From NCBI GenBank assembly GCA_964016885.1, contig OZ024746.1:95232001-95296000 (forward strand): a stretch of 64,000 nucleotides of DNA, given 5' to 3'. This document shows positions 13,475 through 28,400 of the stretch, piece after piece (within the stretch, counting starts at the first letter, position 1; each line of letters opens with the position of its first letter). The DNA is from Eledone cirrhosa (Eukaryota). The notes below the pieces were generated by a model. That model ran no database searches and was not told the DNA's origin. It worked only from the letters and a program-made list of their open reading frames with translations. Made by a program: the position numbers and the translations under genes.

Positions 13475-16400
13475 AGTATATGTATATGTGGGTGTCTGTG
13501 ATCTATATACACTGGTCATAGTCACACACACATATATACACACACACTCACATATATATATATATATATACTAGACCTGAAAAATGTACAAGCTCAAAAG
13601 AGCCACAGAATGTTATAATAAACCTTCAAAAGTGTTGGACTAGAGTTGTTGCTCAAAAATATTGTAATCATTATCTATCGTACACTCTGTGGCATCCTTT
13701 TATAAAAAAAGAGACTAATAACGAACTCAAGACGACACGATAATTATTTAAGCTAATGTTCAATATATCATATTAGATGTTTAGTAATGATTAATACGAA
13801 ATGCACATAAACCGAATTCTATATTATAAATTCACTTAAATAATTATCGTGTCGTCTTAAGTTCGTTATGAGTCTCTTTTTTATAAAAAGATGCCACAGA
13901 GTGTACGATAGATAATGATTACAATATTTTTGAGCAACAACTCTAGTCCCACACTTTTGAAGGTTTATTATAACATTCTGTGGCTCTTTTGAGCTTGCGC
14001 ATTTTTCAGGTCTAGTTTAATATTTTTTTAAGGCAACGCTTGTAATAACTCTAGTTAAACATGATATATATTAATAATAAATTATTGTTGTAATGTAATT
14101 AGATTATATAATTGTTATTTTATAAATGATCTTTTAAATATTATTGTAAGATGTATAAAAATATTTTCAGACTTTTAATATAAACAACTACAAAAAACAA
14201 TCAATATTAAATAAATATATTTTACATAATAATTGTTATAGTTGAATTAATAAAAATTAAATATTACATACAAATAGTCTAACATAATAATAAAAAAATA
14301 ATCTAACATTATAATAATAAAATAATCTAACATAAAACGAACAATAATATGGACAAATATACAAGTAAATATGATACAACCAATATTATAAGCATGTTAT
14401 AACGAACTGAAAAAAAAATAGTTAATATAAATTTAAAAAATCATATATAAATTAACAATATAACTTACCAAAACAAGAAAAATATTTTGATGATAAACGA
14501 CGAAATACAGGAAGAAGATTCAAAAGCAAAACGATAAATAAACGTGCTAACAAAATGGCGGATGCTTTTGAGCAACAATTACTCTCGTTGGTTGATTAGC
14601 CAATAAGACGATGAAATTAGCCAATAAGACAATACATTACAAAACATGTTTGGCAGCGATCATCACCACGGCCAGCGACACCCCTTGAATTTTTTATTCA
14701 CAAGCTACGCATATGTCAGACACGCAAACTTAAAACATTCTGTTGTTAGTCACTGCGTATCTAACAGATACACAACATCACCACCAGCTCTCTCCCTCTC
14801 TCTTCCATTCTCCTTCTCTCTCCTCTCCCTCTCTCTATATCTCTCTATCAATCTACTCTCTCACAACCACTATCTTTTCCTCTCTAACTTTCTCTCTCTT
14901 TGTTTATGAAGGTACCCGGAAAAACCCGACATCTCAGGAACTCGTACTTGGATTTACGAGAAACTTGTTTTATTCCATTTGTATTCCCAGTGACTGGCTA
15001 CAACAGTGACATCACCAGTGACTGGCTACAACAGTGACACCACCAGTGACTGGCTACAACAGTGACACCACCAGTGACTGGCTACAACAGTGACACCACC
15101 AGTGACTGGCTACAACAGTGACACCACCAGTGACTGACTACAACAGTGACACCACCAGTGACTGACTACAACAGTGACACCACCAGGGACTGGCTACAAC
15201 AGTAACACCACCAGTGACTGGCTACAACAGTGACACCACCAGTGACTGGCTACAACAGTGACACCACCAGTGACTGGCTACAACAATGACACCACCAGTG
15301 AATGGCTACAACAGTGACACCACCAGTGACTGACTACAACAGTGACACCACCAGTGACTGGCTACAACAGTGACACCACCAGTGACTGGCTACAACAGTA
15401 ACACCACCAGTGACTGGCTACAACAGTGACACCACCAGTGACTGGCTACAACAGTGACACCACCAGTGACTGGCTACAACAGTGACACCACCAGTGACTG
15501 GCTACAACAGTAACACCACCAGTGACTGGCTACAACAGTAACACCACCAGTGACTGGCTACAACAGTGACACCACCAGTGACTGACTACAACAGTGACAC
15601 CACCAGTGACTGGCTACAACAATGACACCACCAGTGACTGGCTACAACAGTGACACCACCAGTGACTGGCTACAACAGTGACACCACCAGTGACTGACTA
15701 CAACAGTGACACCACCAGTGACTGGCTACAACAGTGACACCACCAGTGACTGACTACAACAGTGACACCACCAGTGACTGACTACAACAGTGACACCACC
15801 AGTGACTGGCTACAACAGTGACACCACCAGTGACTGGCTACAAAAGTGACACCACCAGTGACTGGCTCCAACAGTAACACCACCAGTGACTGGCTACAAC
15901 AGTGACACCACCAGTGACTGGCTACAACAGTGACACCACCAGTGACTGACTACAACAGTGACACCACCAGTGACTGACTACAACAGTGACACCACCAGTG
16001 ACTGACTACAACAGTGACACCACCAGTGACTGACTACAACAGTGACACCACCAGTGACTGACTACAACAGTGACACCACCAGTGACTGGCTACAAAAGTG
16101 ACACCACCAGTGACTGGCTCCAACAGTAACACCACCAGTGACTGGCTACAACAGTGACACCACCAGTGACTGACTACAACAGTGACACCACCAGTGACTG
16201 GCTACAACAGTGACACCACCAGTGACTGGCTACAACAGTGACACCACCAGTGACTGACTACAACAGTGACACCACCAGTGACTGACTACAACAGTGACAC
16301 CACCAGTGACTGGCTACAACAGTAACACCACCAGTGACTGGCTACAACAGTGACACCACCAGTGACTGGCTACAACAGTGACACCACCAGTGACTGGCTA

Positions 16401-19400
16401 CAACAGTGACACCACCAGTGACTGGCTACAACAGTGACACCACCAGTGACTGACTACAACAGTGACACCACCAGTGACTGGCTACAACAGTGACACCACC
16501 AGTGACTGGCTACAACAGTAACACCACCAGTGACTGGCTACAACAGTGACACCACCAGTGACTGGCTACAACAGTGACACCACCAGTGACTGGCTACAAC
16601 AGTGACACCACCAGTGACTGGCTACAACAGTAACACCACCAGTGACTGGCTACAACAGTAACACCACCAGTGACTGGCTACAACAGTGACACCACCAGTG
16701 ACTGACTACAACAGTGACACCACCAGTGACTGGCTACAACAATGACACCACCAGTGACTGGCTACAACAGTGACACCACCAGTGACAGGCTACAACAGTG
16801 ACACCACCAGTGACTGACTACGACAGTGACACCACCAGTGACTGGCTACAACAGTGACACCACCAGTGACTGACTACAACAGTGACACCACCAGTGACTG
16901 ACTACAACAGTGACACCACCAGTGACTGGCTACAACAGTGACACCACCAGTGACTGACTACAACAGTGACACCACCAGTGACTGGCTACAAAAGTGACAC
17001 CACCAGTGACTGGCTCCAACAGTAACACCACCAGTGACTGGCTACAACAGTGACACCACCAGTGACTGACTACAACAGTGACACCACCAGTGACTGACTA
17101 CAACAGTGACACCACCAGTGACTGACTACAACAGTGACACCACCAGTGACTGACTACAACAGTGACACCACCAGTGACTGGCTACAAAAGTGACACCACC
17201 AGTGACTGGCTCCAACAGTAACACCACCAGTGACTGGCTACAACAGTGACACCACCAGTGACTGACTACAACAGTGACACCACCAGTGACTGACTACAAC
17301 AGTGACACCACCAGTGACTGACTACAACAGTGACACCACCAGTGACTGACTACAACAGTGACACCACCAGTGACTGGCTACAAAAGTGACACCACCAGTG
17401 ACTGGCTCCAACAGTAACACCACCAGTGACTGGCTACAACAGTGACACCACCAGTGACTGACTACAACAGTGACACCACCAGTGACTGACTACAACAGTG
17501 ACACCACCAGTGACTGGCTACAACAGTAACACCACCAGTGACTGGCTACAACAGTGACACAACCAGTGACTGGCTACAACAGTAACACCACCAGTGACTG
17601 GCTACAACAGTGACACCACCAGTGACTGGCTACAACAGTGACACCACCAGTGACTGGCTACAACAGTAACACCACCAGTGACTGGCTACAACAGTGACAC
17701 CACCAGTGACTGGCTACAACAGTAACACCACCAGTGACTGGCTACAACAGTGACACCACCAGTGACTGACTACAACAGTGACACCACCAGTGACTGGCTA
17801 CAACAGTAACACCACCAGTGACTGGCTACAACAGTGACACCACCAGTGACTGACTACAACAGTGACTGACTACAAGAGTGACACCACCAGTGACTGGCTA
17901 CAACAGTAACACCACCAGTGACTGACTACAACAGTGACACCACCAGTGACTGACTACAACAGTGACACCACCAGTGACTGGCTACAACAGTGACACCACC
18001 AGTGACTGGCTACAACAGTGACTGACTACAACAGTGACTGACTACAACAGTGACACCACCAGTGACTGACTACAACAGTGACACCACCAGTGACTGGCTA
18101 CAACAGTGACACCACCAGTGACTGACTACAACAGTGACTGACTACAACAGTGACACCACCAGTGACTGACTACAACAGTGACACCACCAGTGACTGACTA
18201 CAACAGTGACACCACCAGTGACTGACTACAACAGTGACACCACCAGTGACTGACTACAACAGTAACACCACCAGTGACTGACTACAACAGTGACACCACC
18301 AGTGACTGACTACAACAGTGACACCACCAGTGACTGGCTACAACAGTGACACCACCAGTGACTGGCTACAACAGTAACACCACCAGTGACTGGCTACAAC
18401 AGTGACACCACCAGTGACTGGCTACAACAGTGACACCACCAGTGACTGGCTACAACAGTGACACCACCAGTGACTGGCTACAACAGTGACACCACCAGTG
18501 ACTGGCTACAACACTGACACCACCAGTGACTGACTACAACACTGACACCACCAGTGACTGGCTACAACAGTGACACCACCAGTGACTGGCTACAACAGTG
18601 ACACCACCAGTGACTGGCTACAACAGTGACACCACCAGTGACTGGCTACAACAGTGACACCACCAGTGACTGGCTACAACAGTAACACCACCAGTGACTG
18701 ACTACAACAGTGACACCACCAGTGACTGGCTACAACAGTGACACCACCAGTGACTGGCTACAACAGTAACACCACCAGTGACTGGCTACAACAGTGACAC
18801 CACCAGTGACTGACTACAACAGTGACACCAGTGACTGGCTACAACAGTGACACCACCAGTGACTGACTACAACAGTGACTGACTACAACAGTGACACCAC
18901 CAGTGACTGACTATAACAGTGACACCACCAGTGACTGGCTACAACAGTAACACCACCAGTGACTGACTACAACAGTAACACCACCAGTGACTGACTACAA
19001 CAGTGACTGACTACAACAGTGACACCACCAGTGACTGACTATAACAGTGACACCACCAGTGACTGGCTACAACAGTGACACCACCAGTGACTGGCTACAA
19101 CAGTGACACCACCAGTGACTGGCTACAACAGTAACACCACCAGTGACTGGCTACAACAGTGACACCACCAGTGACTGACTACAACAGTGACACCACCAGT
19201 GACTGGCTACAACAGTGACACCACCAGTGACTGGCTACAACAGTGACACCACCAGTGACTGGCTACAACAGTGACACCACCAGTGACTGGCTACAACAGT
19301 GACACCACCAGTGACTGGCTACAACAGTAACACCACCAGTGACTGGCTACAACAGTGACACCACCAGTGACTGGCTACAACAGTGACACCACCAGTGACT

Positions 19401-22400
19401 GGCTACAACAGTGACACCACCAGTGACTGGCTACAACAGTGACACCACCAGTGACTGACTACAACAGTGACACCACCAGTGACTGACTACAACAGTGACA
19501 CCACCAGTGACTGACTACAACAGTGACATCACCAGTGACTGACTACAACAGTGACACCACCAGTGACTGACTACAACAGTGACACCACCAGTGACTGGCT
19601 ACAAAAGTGACACCACCAGTGACTGGCTCCAACAGTAACACCACCAGTGACTGGCTACAACAGTGACACCACCAGTGACTGACTACAACAGTGACACCAC
19701 CAGTGACTGGCTACAACAGTGACACCACCAGTGACTGGCTACAACAGTGACACCACCAGTGACTGGCTAAAACAGTGACACCACCAGTGACTGACTACAA
19801 CAGTGACACCACCAGTGACTGACTACAACAGTGACACCACCAGTGACTGGCTACAACAGTAACACCACCAGTGACTGGCTACAACAGTGACACCACCAGT
19901 GACTGGCTACAACAGTGACACCACCAGTGACTGGCTACAACAGTGACACCACCAGTGACTGGCTACAACAGTGACACCACCAGTGACTGACTACAACAGT
20001 GACACCACCAGTGACTGGCTACAACAGTGACACCACCAGTGACTGGCTACAACAGTAACACCACCAGTGACTGGCTACAACAGTGACACCACCAGTGACT
20101 GGCTACAACAGTGACACCACCAGTGACTGGCTACAACAGTGACACCACCAGTGACTGGCTACAACAGTAACACCACCAGTGACTGGCTACAACAGTAACA
20201 CCACCAGTGACTGGCTACAACAGTGACACCACCAGTGACTGACTACAACAGTGACACCACCAGTGACTGGCTACAACAATGACACCACCAGTGACTGGCT
20301 ACAACAGTGACACCACCAGTGACAGGCTACAACAGTGACACCACCAGTGACTGACTACGACAGTGACACCACCAGTGACTGGCTACAACAGTGTCACCAC
20401 CAGTGACTGACTACAACAGTGACACCACCAGTGACTGACTACAACAGTGACACCACCAGTGACTGGCTACAACAGTGACACCACCAGTGACTGACTACAA
20501 CAGTGACACCACCAGTGACTGGCTACAAAAGTGACACCACCAGTGACTGGCTCCAACAGTAACACCACCAGTGACTGGCTACAACAGTGACACCACCAGT
20601 GACTGACTACAACAGTGACACCACCAGTGACTGACTACAACAGTGACACCACCAGTGACTGACTACAACAGTGACACCACCAGTGACTGACTACAACAGT
20701 GACACCACCAGTGACTGGCTACAAAAGTGACACCACCAGTGACTGGCTCCAACAGTAACACCACCAGTGACTGGCTACAACAGTGACACCACCAGTGACT
20801 GACTACAACAGTGACACCACCAGTGACTGACTACAACAGTGACACCACCAGTGACTGACTACAACAGTGACACCACCAGTGACTGGCTACAACAGTGACA
20901 CCACCAGTGACTGGCTACAACAGTGACACCACCAGTGACTGGCTACAAAAGTGACACCACCAGTGACTGGCTCCAACAGTAACACCACCAGTGACTGGCT
21001 ACAACAGTGACACCACCAGTGACTGACTACAACAGTGACACCACCAGTGACTGACTACAACAGTGACACCACCAGTGACTGGCTACAACAGTAACACCAC
21101 CAGTGACTGGCTACAACAGTGACACAACCAGTGACTGGCTACAACAGTAACACCACCAGTGACTGGCTACAACAGTGACACCACCAGTGACTGGCTACAA
21201 CAGTGACACCACCAGTGACTGGCTACAACAGTAACACCACCAGTGACTGGCTACAACAGTGACACCACCAGTGACTGGCTACAACAGTAACACCACCAGT
21301 GACTGGCTACAACAGTGACACCACCAGTGACTGACTACAACAGTGACTGACTACAACAGTGACACCACCAGTGACTGGCTACAACAGTAACACCACCAGT
21401 GACTGGCTACAACAGTAACACCACCAGTGATTGGCTACAACAGTGACACCACCAGTGACTGACTACAACAGTGACTGACTACAAGAGTGACACCACCAGT
21501 GACTGGCTACAACAGTAACACCACCAGTGACTGACTACAACAGTGACACCACCAGTGACTGACTACAACAGTGACACCACCAGTGACTGGCTACAACAGT
21601 GACACCACCAGTGACTGGCTACAACAGTGACTGACTACAACAGTGACTGACTACAACAGTGACACCACCAGTGACTGACTACAACAGTGACACCACCAGT
21701 GACTGGCTACAACAGTGACACCACCAGTGACTGACTACAACAGGGACTGACTACAACAGTGACACCACCAGTGACTGACTACAACAGTGACACCACCAGT
21801 GACTGACTACAACAGTGACACCACCAGTGACTGACTACAACAGTGACACCACCAGTGACTGACTACAACAGTAACACCACCAGTGACTGACTACAACAGT
21901 GACACCACCAGTGACTGACTACAACAGTGACACCACCAGTGACTGGCTACAACAGTGACACCACCAGTGACTGGCTACAACAGTAACACCACCAGTGACT
22001 GGCTACAACAGTGACACCACCAGTGACTGGCTACAACAGTGACACCACCAGTGACTGGCTACAACAGTGACACCAGCAGTGACTGGCTACAACACTGACA
22101 CCACCAGTGACTGACTACAACACTGACACCACCAGTGACTGGCTACAACAGTGACACCACCAGTGACTGGCTACAACAGTGACACCACCAGTGACTGGCT
22201 ACAACAGTGACACCACCAGTGACTGGCTACAACAGTGACACCACCAGTCGACTGGCTACAACAGTAACACCACCAGTGACTGACTACAACAGTGACACCA
22301 CCAGTGACTGGCTACAACAGTGACACCACCAGTGACTGGCTACAACAGTAACACCACCAGTGACTGGCTACAACAGTGACACCACCAGTGACTGACTACA

Positions 22401-25400
22401 ACAGTGACACCAGTGACTGGCTACAACAGTGACACCACCAGTGACTGACTACAACAGTGACTGACTACAACAGTGACACCACCAGTGACTGACTATAACA
22501 GTGACACCACCAGTGACTGGCTACAACAGTAACACCACCAGTGACTGACTACAACAGTAACACCACCAGTGACTGACTACAACAGTGACTGACTACAACA
22601 GTGACACCACCAGTGACTGACTATAACAGTGACACCACCAGTGACTGGCTACAACAGTGACACCACCAGTGACTGGCTACAACAGTAACACCACCAGTGA
22701 CTGGCTACAACAGTGACACCACCAGTGACTGACTACAACAGTGACACCACCAGTGACTGGCTACAACAGTGACACCACCAGTGACTGGCTACAACAGTGA
22801 CACCACCAGTGACTGGCTACAACAGTGACACCACCAGTGACTGGCTACAACAGTGACACCACCAGTGACTGGCTACAACAGTAACACCACCAGTGACTGG
22901 CTACAACAGTGACACCACCAGTGACTGGCTACAACAGTGACACCACCAGTGACTGGCTACAACAGTGACACCACCAGTGACTGGCTACAACAGTGACACC
23001 ACCAGTGACTGACTACAACAGTGACACCACCAGTGACTGGCTACAACAGTGACACCACCAGTGACTGACTACAACAGTGACACCACCAGTGACTGGCTAC
23101 AACAGTAACACCACCAGTGACTGGCTACAACAGTAACACCACCAGTGACTGGCTACAACAGTGACACCACCAGTGACTGGCTACAACAGTGACACCACCA
23201 GTGACTGACTACAACAGTGACACCACCAGTGACTGACTACAACAGTGACACCACCAGTGACTGACTACAACAGTGACACCACCAGTGACTGACTACAACA
23301 GTGACACCACCATTGACTGACTACAACAGTGACACCACCAGTGACTGGCTACAACAGTGACACCACCAGTGACTGGCTACAACAGTGACACCCCCAGTGA
23401 CTGGCTACAACAGTGACACCACCAGTGACTGACTACAACAGTAACACCACCAGTAACACCAACAGTGACACCACCAGTGACTGGCTGCAACCGTTGCAGG
23501 AACATGATGATGATTATAAAACTATAGACAATTCTAAGTCAGTTAGTTGATATGAAAAGGGTTAACCCTTTAACATTTCATTACTCTATATTTACTATTG
23601 CATTTTCACAGTAAATACTACATCACACATAATTATCTCACATAATATCGAATCTATTTTTAGAACAATACCTTAACATAAGTATGAGTGGCCAGTTACG
23701 GCCGGTCTGAACAAAAAAAGAGGTGAGTGAATTCTGGCGAAGACGACCGGCTTAAATGCTAAAAGGTTAAAGCAACAATATCTTTATAATATATAAAACA
23801 AAACTATGACAGAGATATAAAGCAGAACTTACTGGAGAGGCCAACAATAAGACCCGTTTTATGTTTGCCTTCTTTTTCATGGGATGACCGTCATTGTCAA
23901 TTTCTTGGCCATAATCATTGAAGCGATGAAGGATGCGCAGAGTTCGCAACTTTCGCATCGCCTTGAAACTATAGAATGAAAGTAGGAACTGCAGAAGTCC
24001 AAACACTATGGAGCTAATAACTAATACATTGTATTCTATATGCATTGGTGTGTAGGTGTCGGCTTCGTTGAGTATTGCATACAGTACATTCCCACCTTTG
24101 GTCAGTGAATATGCAAAGCAGAGGAGACTTATACAAATCGCAGTGATGTGGCACAAGCATTTTTTCTTTGTCACTTTGACATCAAATGGATAGTCTATCT
24201 GTCGGAAGGACATTAATTCCATGAAGTAGTAGACGATACTGAGAAGGACCATTTTCACTTCATTTATGAGGACAAGGTCAAACACAGATTGTCGCATATG
24301 AAACTGGAGGATGTTGTCGACAAAATATTTGGAGTCTCCACCTGTAAAATATATTTAAATATATACTGAAGATTGCGCTGGTATAGATAAGTAATATTTA
24401 AATATATACTGAAGGTTGTGATGGAATAGATATATAATATGCAAATATATACTGAAGATTGAGATGGTATAGATAAGTAATATTTAAATATATACTGAAG
24501 ACTGTGCTGGTATAGTATGTAAATATGTACTGAAGATTGCACTGGTATGGATATATATGTAAATATATACTGAAGATTGTGATGGTGTAGATATGTGATA
24601 TTTAAATATATACAGAAGATTGTAATATGTATGGATGATGACTACTGGATAAAGAAGTGCTAGTGGTGGTGATGGGTTTTGTGATAGTGGTGGTGGTGGT
24701 GGTGGTGGTGGTGGTAGTGGTGGTGGTGGTGATGGTGATGGTGTTTGTGGTGGTGGTGGTGGTAGTGGTGGTGATGGGTTTTGTGATAGTGGTGGTGGTG
24801 GTGGTAGTGGTGGTGGTGGTAGTGGTGGTGGTGGTGGTGGTGGTGATGGTGTTTGTGGTGGTGGTGGTGGTAGTGATGGGTTTTGTGATAGTGGTGGTGG
24901 TGGTGGTGGTGGTGGTAGTGGTGGTGTTTGTGGTGGTGGTGGTGGTAGTGGTGGTGGTGGTGTTTGTGGTGGTGGTGGTGGTAGTGGTGGTGATGGGTTT
25001 TGTGATAGTGGTGGTGGTGGTGGTGGTGGTAGTGGTGGTGGTGGTGGTGTTTGTGGTGGTGGTGGTGGTGGTAGTGGTGGTGGTGGTGGTGGTGGTGGTG
25101 GTAGTGGTGGTGATGGGTTTTGTGATAGTGGTGGTGGTGGTGGTGGTGGTGGTGGTGGTGGTAGTGGTGGTGGTGGTGGTGGTGGTGGTGGTGGTAGTGG
25201 TGGTGGTAGTGGTAGTGGTGGTGGTGGTAGTGGTGGTGATGGGTTTTGTGATAGTGGTGGTGGTGGTGGTGGTAGTGGTGGTGGTAGTGGTGGTGGTGGT
25301 GGTGGTAGTGGTGGTGGTGGTGGTGATAGTGGTGGTGGTGGTAGTGGTGGTGATGGGTTTTGTGATAGTGGTGATGGTGGTGGTAGTGGTGGTAGTGGTG

Positions 25401-28400
25401 ATGGTGTTTGTGGTGGTGGTGGTGGTGGTGGTGGTGGTAGTGGTGGTGATGGGTTTTGTGATAGTGATGATGATGATATAACTACTTTTGTTATGCATGT
25501 CAATTCTAACTCCCACTTGTTTATCATGAGCTGAAACTATACTCTATTTACTATAGAAATAGCAACCAAATATTCCTCAAATCACACCATACCAAGTTAA
25601 AAAAAGGAAGGATACATATAATAACTATATTTACAAGGCATTGGTGAATTGGCAGTATCGGTAGAGGGTCGGACACCATGCTTTGACGTATAGAGTTACG
25701 GCCCTTGCAATTCTGAGTTCAAATCCCGCCGAGGTTAACTTTGCCTTTCATCCTTATGGGGTCGATAAAATAAAGTACCAGTAAAACACTGGTAATTGCT
25801 GGCCTTGTGCCAGCAATTACCAGTGTAGAAACAATTATTAGCTCGACAACCTAATAATAGACCCCTACCCTCCAAACCACATGCTTTAACAACACACACA
25901 CACTCGCCACTATGCACATACATCAGCACACACACCACTCCACAGAACAGTACACACGCACACACACCACACAGGCCACCACACCACTGCACATATTTCC
26001 TAGTAGTTGTTTAGTGTACATAATCTCTGATGAGACACCACAATATTCTATATACTCAATGTTTATATTTATAAACATGTTTTATGTAGTTTCTGTTAAA
26101 CTCTACTATATATGTACAGATATATATTTAATGTATAGTAGTACTGGTACTCCATATGTTATGACGATGAGTATTCATGTTGATAGAGGCACATGGCTTA
26201 GTGGTTAGAGCATTGGGCTTGCAATCGAAAGGTTGTGAGTTCAATTCTCAGACCGGGTGATATGTTGTTTCCTTGAGCAAGACCCTTTATTTCACGTTGC
26301 TCCAATTTACTCAGCTGTAGAAATGAGATGATAGGGATTAGGGGTCTGCAAAGTGGACGTGTAGGTGCCACGGCAAAAAAGCACCCAGCACCCACTGTAA
26401 ATGAGGTTGGTGTTAGGAAGGGCATCCAGCTGTAGAAATCAAGCCAGAATCAGTTCCCGTCCCACCCTTGCAAGCAGGGAAAAGCAGACGTAAAATGAAA
26501 TGATGATGATAATGATGATACGATCAACAGAACAGCCAGTTTGTGAAATTAATATGCAAGTGGTTGAGCATTCCACAAACATGCATACTTTTAATGTGGT
26601 TCTCAGGGAGATTCAACATGACCCAAAATGTGAGAAGGATGGCCTTTCGAACTCCAAGAACAACTCATTTTTGCCATCTGAATGGACTGGAACAACATGA
26701 AATAAAGTGTCTTGCTCAAGGACACAGCACCCACCAGGAATCGAACTCACGACCTTAATATCGCGAGCTGAATACATCATCATCATCATCATCGTTTAAC
26801 GTCTATCTAACCACAAAGCCATGCATCTTCATACAAATATAAATTTAATGTATACTTCAGCTGCTTAATACACAATTTAATATATAATATAATTGTTTCT
26901 ACTTTTGGCACAAGGCCAGCAATTATCGCAGTATATTACTGGTACTTTATTTTATCGACCCTGTAAGGATGAAAGGCAAAGTTAACCTTCTCGGGATTTG
27001 AACTCAGAATGGCAAGGACCGTAACTCTATGCGTCAAAGCATGGCGTCTGACCCTCTACCGATACTGCCAATCCACAATGCCCCTAAAAAAGACTTGATG
27101 GTCACAAATGGAATGCCTTTGATCAGAGGTCAAAACTGCAATAATTGTATTTACAAAAAAAAAAAAGCAATATAAGGCCAGCTTCTCTGCTAAAGCAGGA
27201 GATAGTCATGCAAACCTCATAACAAGCTTCTCCACTTCACCCTATCCTCTGAATTCCATCAAACCTCTCACCCAGTCACTTTCATCCTTCTTCAGCACAT
27301 GACCTAGCCACCTCATTCCTTTTCTCTTCACAACATCCACCACTGATACTATCCTCAACACCCCTCTAGCCTAGTTACTTTCATCCTTCCTCAACACATG
27401 ACCTAACCATCTCATTCCATTTCTCTTCACAACAGCCATCACTGGCTCTATTCTCATCATCCAGTCACTTTCATCCTTCCTCAACACATGACCCAACCAT
27501 CTCATTCCATTTCTCTTCACAACAGCCATCACTGGCTCTATTCTCATCATCCAGTCACTTTCATCCTTCCTCAATACATGACCTAGCCATCTCATTCCAT
27601 ATCTATATACAACAGCCATCACTAGCTCTATTCCTTTCACTCATCTCACACAAACACTCTCATTCTTCCTGAACATGTGACCATAATCTGAAGTACATTC
27701 AATGAATAATAAAATAAGAAAGAAGACAAGGTGAGATATACAGCCTGTCCATGGGATGGGGGGGGGACAGAGTTTGCTCCGTAACTTCCTCATTCTATTT
27801 TTTCATTATTGAATTTTTTCTTTGCTGTTTCCTTTCTTTTCCTGTTTATTATTTTAATCTTAAAAGAAAATACTTTCGTTATTGTCTACTTCTTTCAACA
27901 ATAAATATCTTTCTCTCTCCAGAAGAAAAGTAGACTATGTAAATGGTAACCTTACCAGTGAGGTAAAGAATGGTAGTAAGAAATGTCTAAATGGTAACCT
28001 TACCAGTGAGGTAAAGAATGGTAGTAAGAAATGTCTAAATGGTAACCTTACCAGTGAGGTAAAGAATGGTAGTAAGAAATGTCTAAATGGTAACCTTGCC
28101 AGTGAGGTAAAGAATGGTAGTAAGAAATGTCTAAATGGTAACCTTACCAGTGAGGTAAATAATGGTAGTAAGAAATGTCTAAATGGTAACCTTGCCAGTG
28201 AGGTAAAGAATGGTAGTAAGAAATGTCTAAATGGTAACCTTACCAGTGAGGTAAAGAATGGTAGTAAGAAATGTCTAAATGGTAACCTTACCAGTGAGGT
28301 AAAGAATGGTAGTAAGAAATGTCTAAATGGTAACCTTACCAGTGAGCTAAAAAGGGCAGTAATAAAAGCATCAAGAAATAGACTTGGGATGGTAAACTTA

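Noticed and set aside
14987-23490. CRISPR-like array of 28-bp repeats
   Set aside because: Units are directly adjacent with no unique spacers, there are no cas genes, and the context is a eukaryotic intron.
24484-25527. Poly-Pro, poly-Thr and poly-Val ORFs (formin/mucin-like)
   Set aside because: Pure (GGT)n microsatellite open in several frames. ABCB exons 1 and 2 join in phase without it.
26027-26125. CTGATGA hammerhead candidate
   Set aside because: No properly placed GAAA or convincing stems.
26188-26260. tRNA gene
   Set aside because: A and B boxes are present, but no convincing acceptor stem, and it continues into a multi-copy SINE body.
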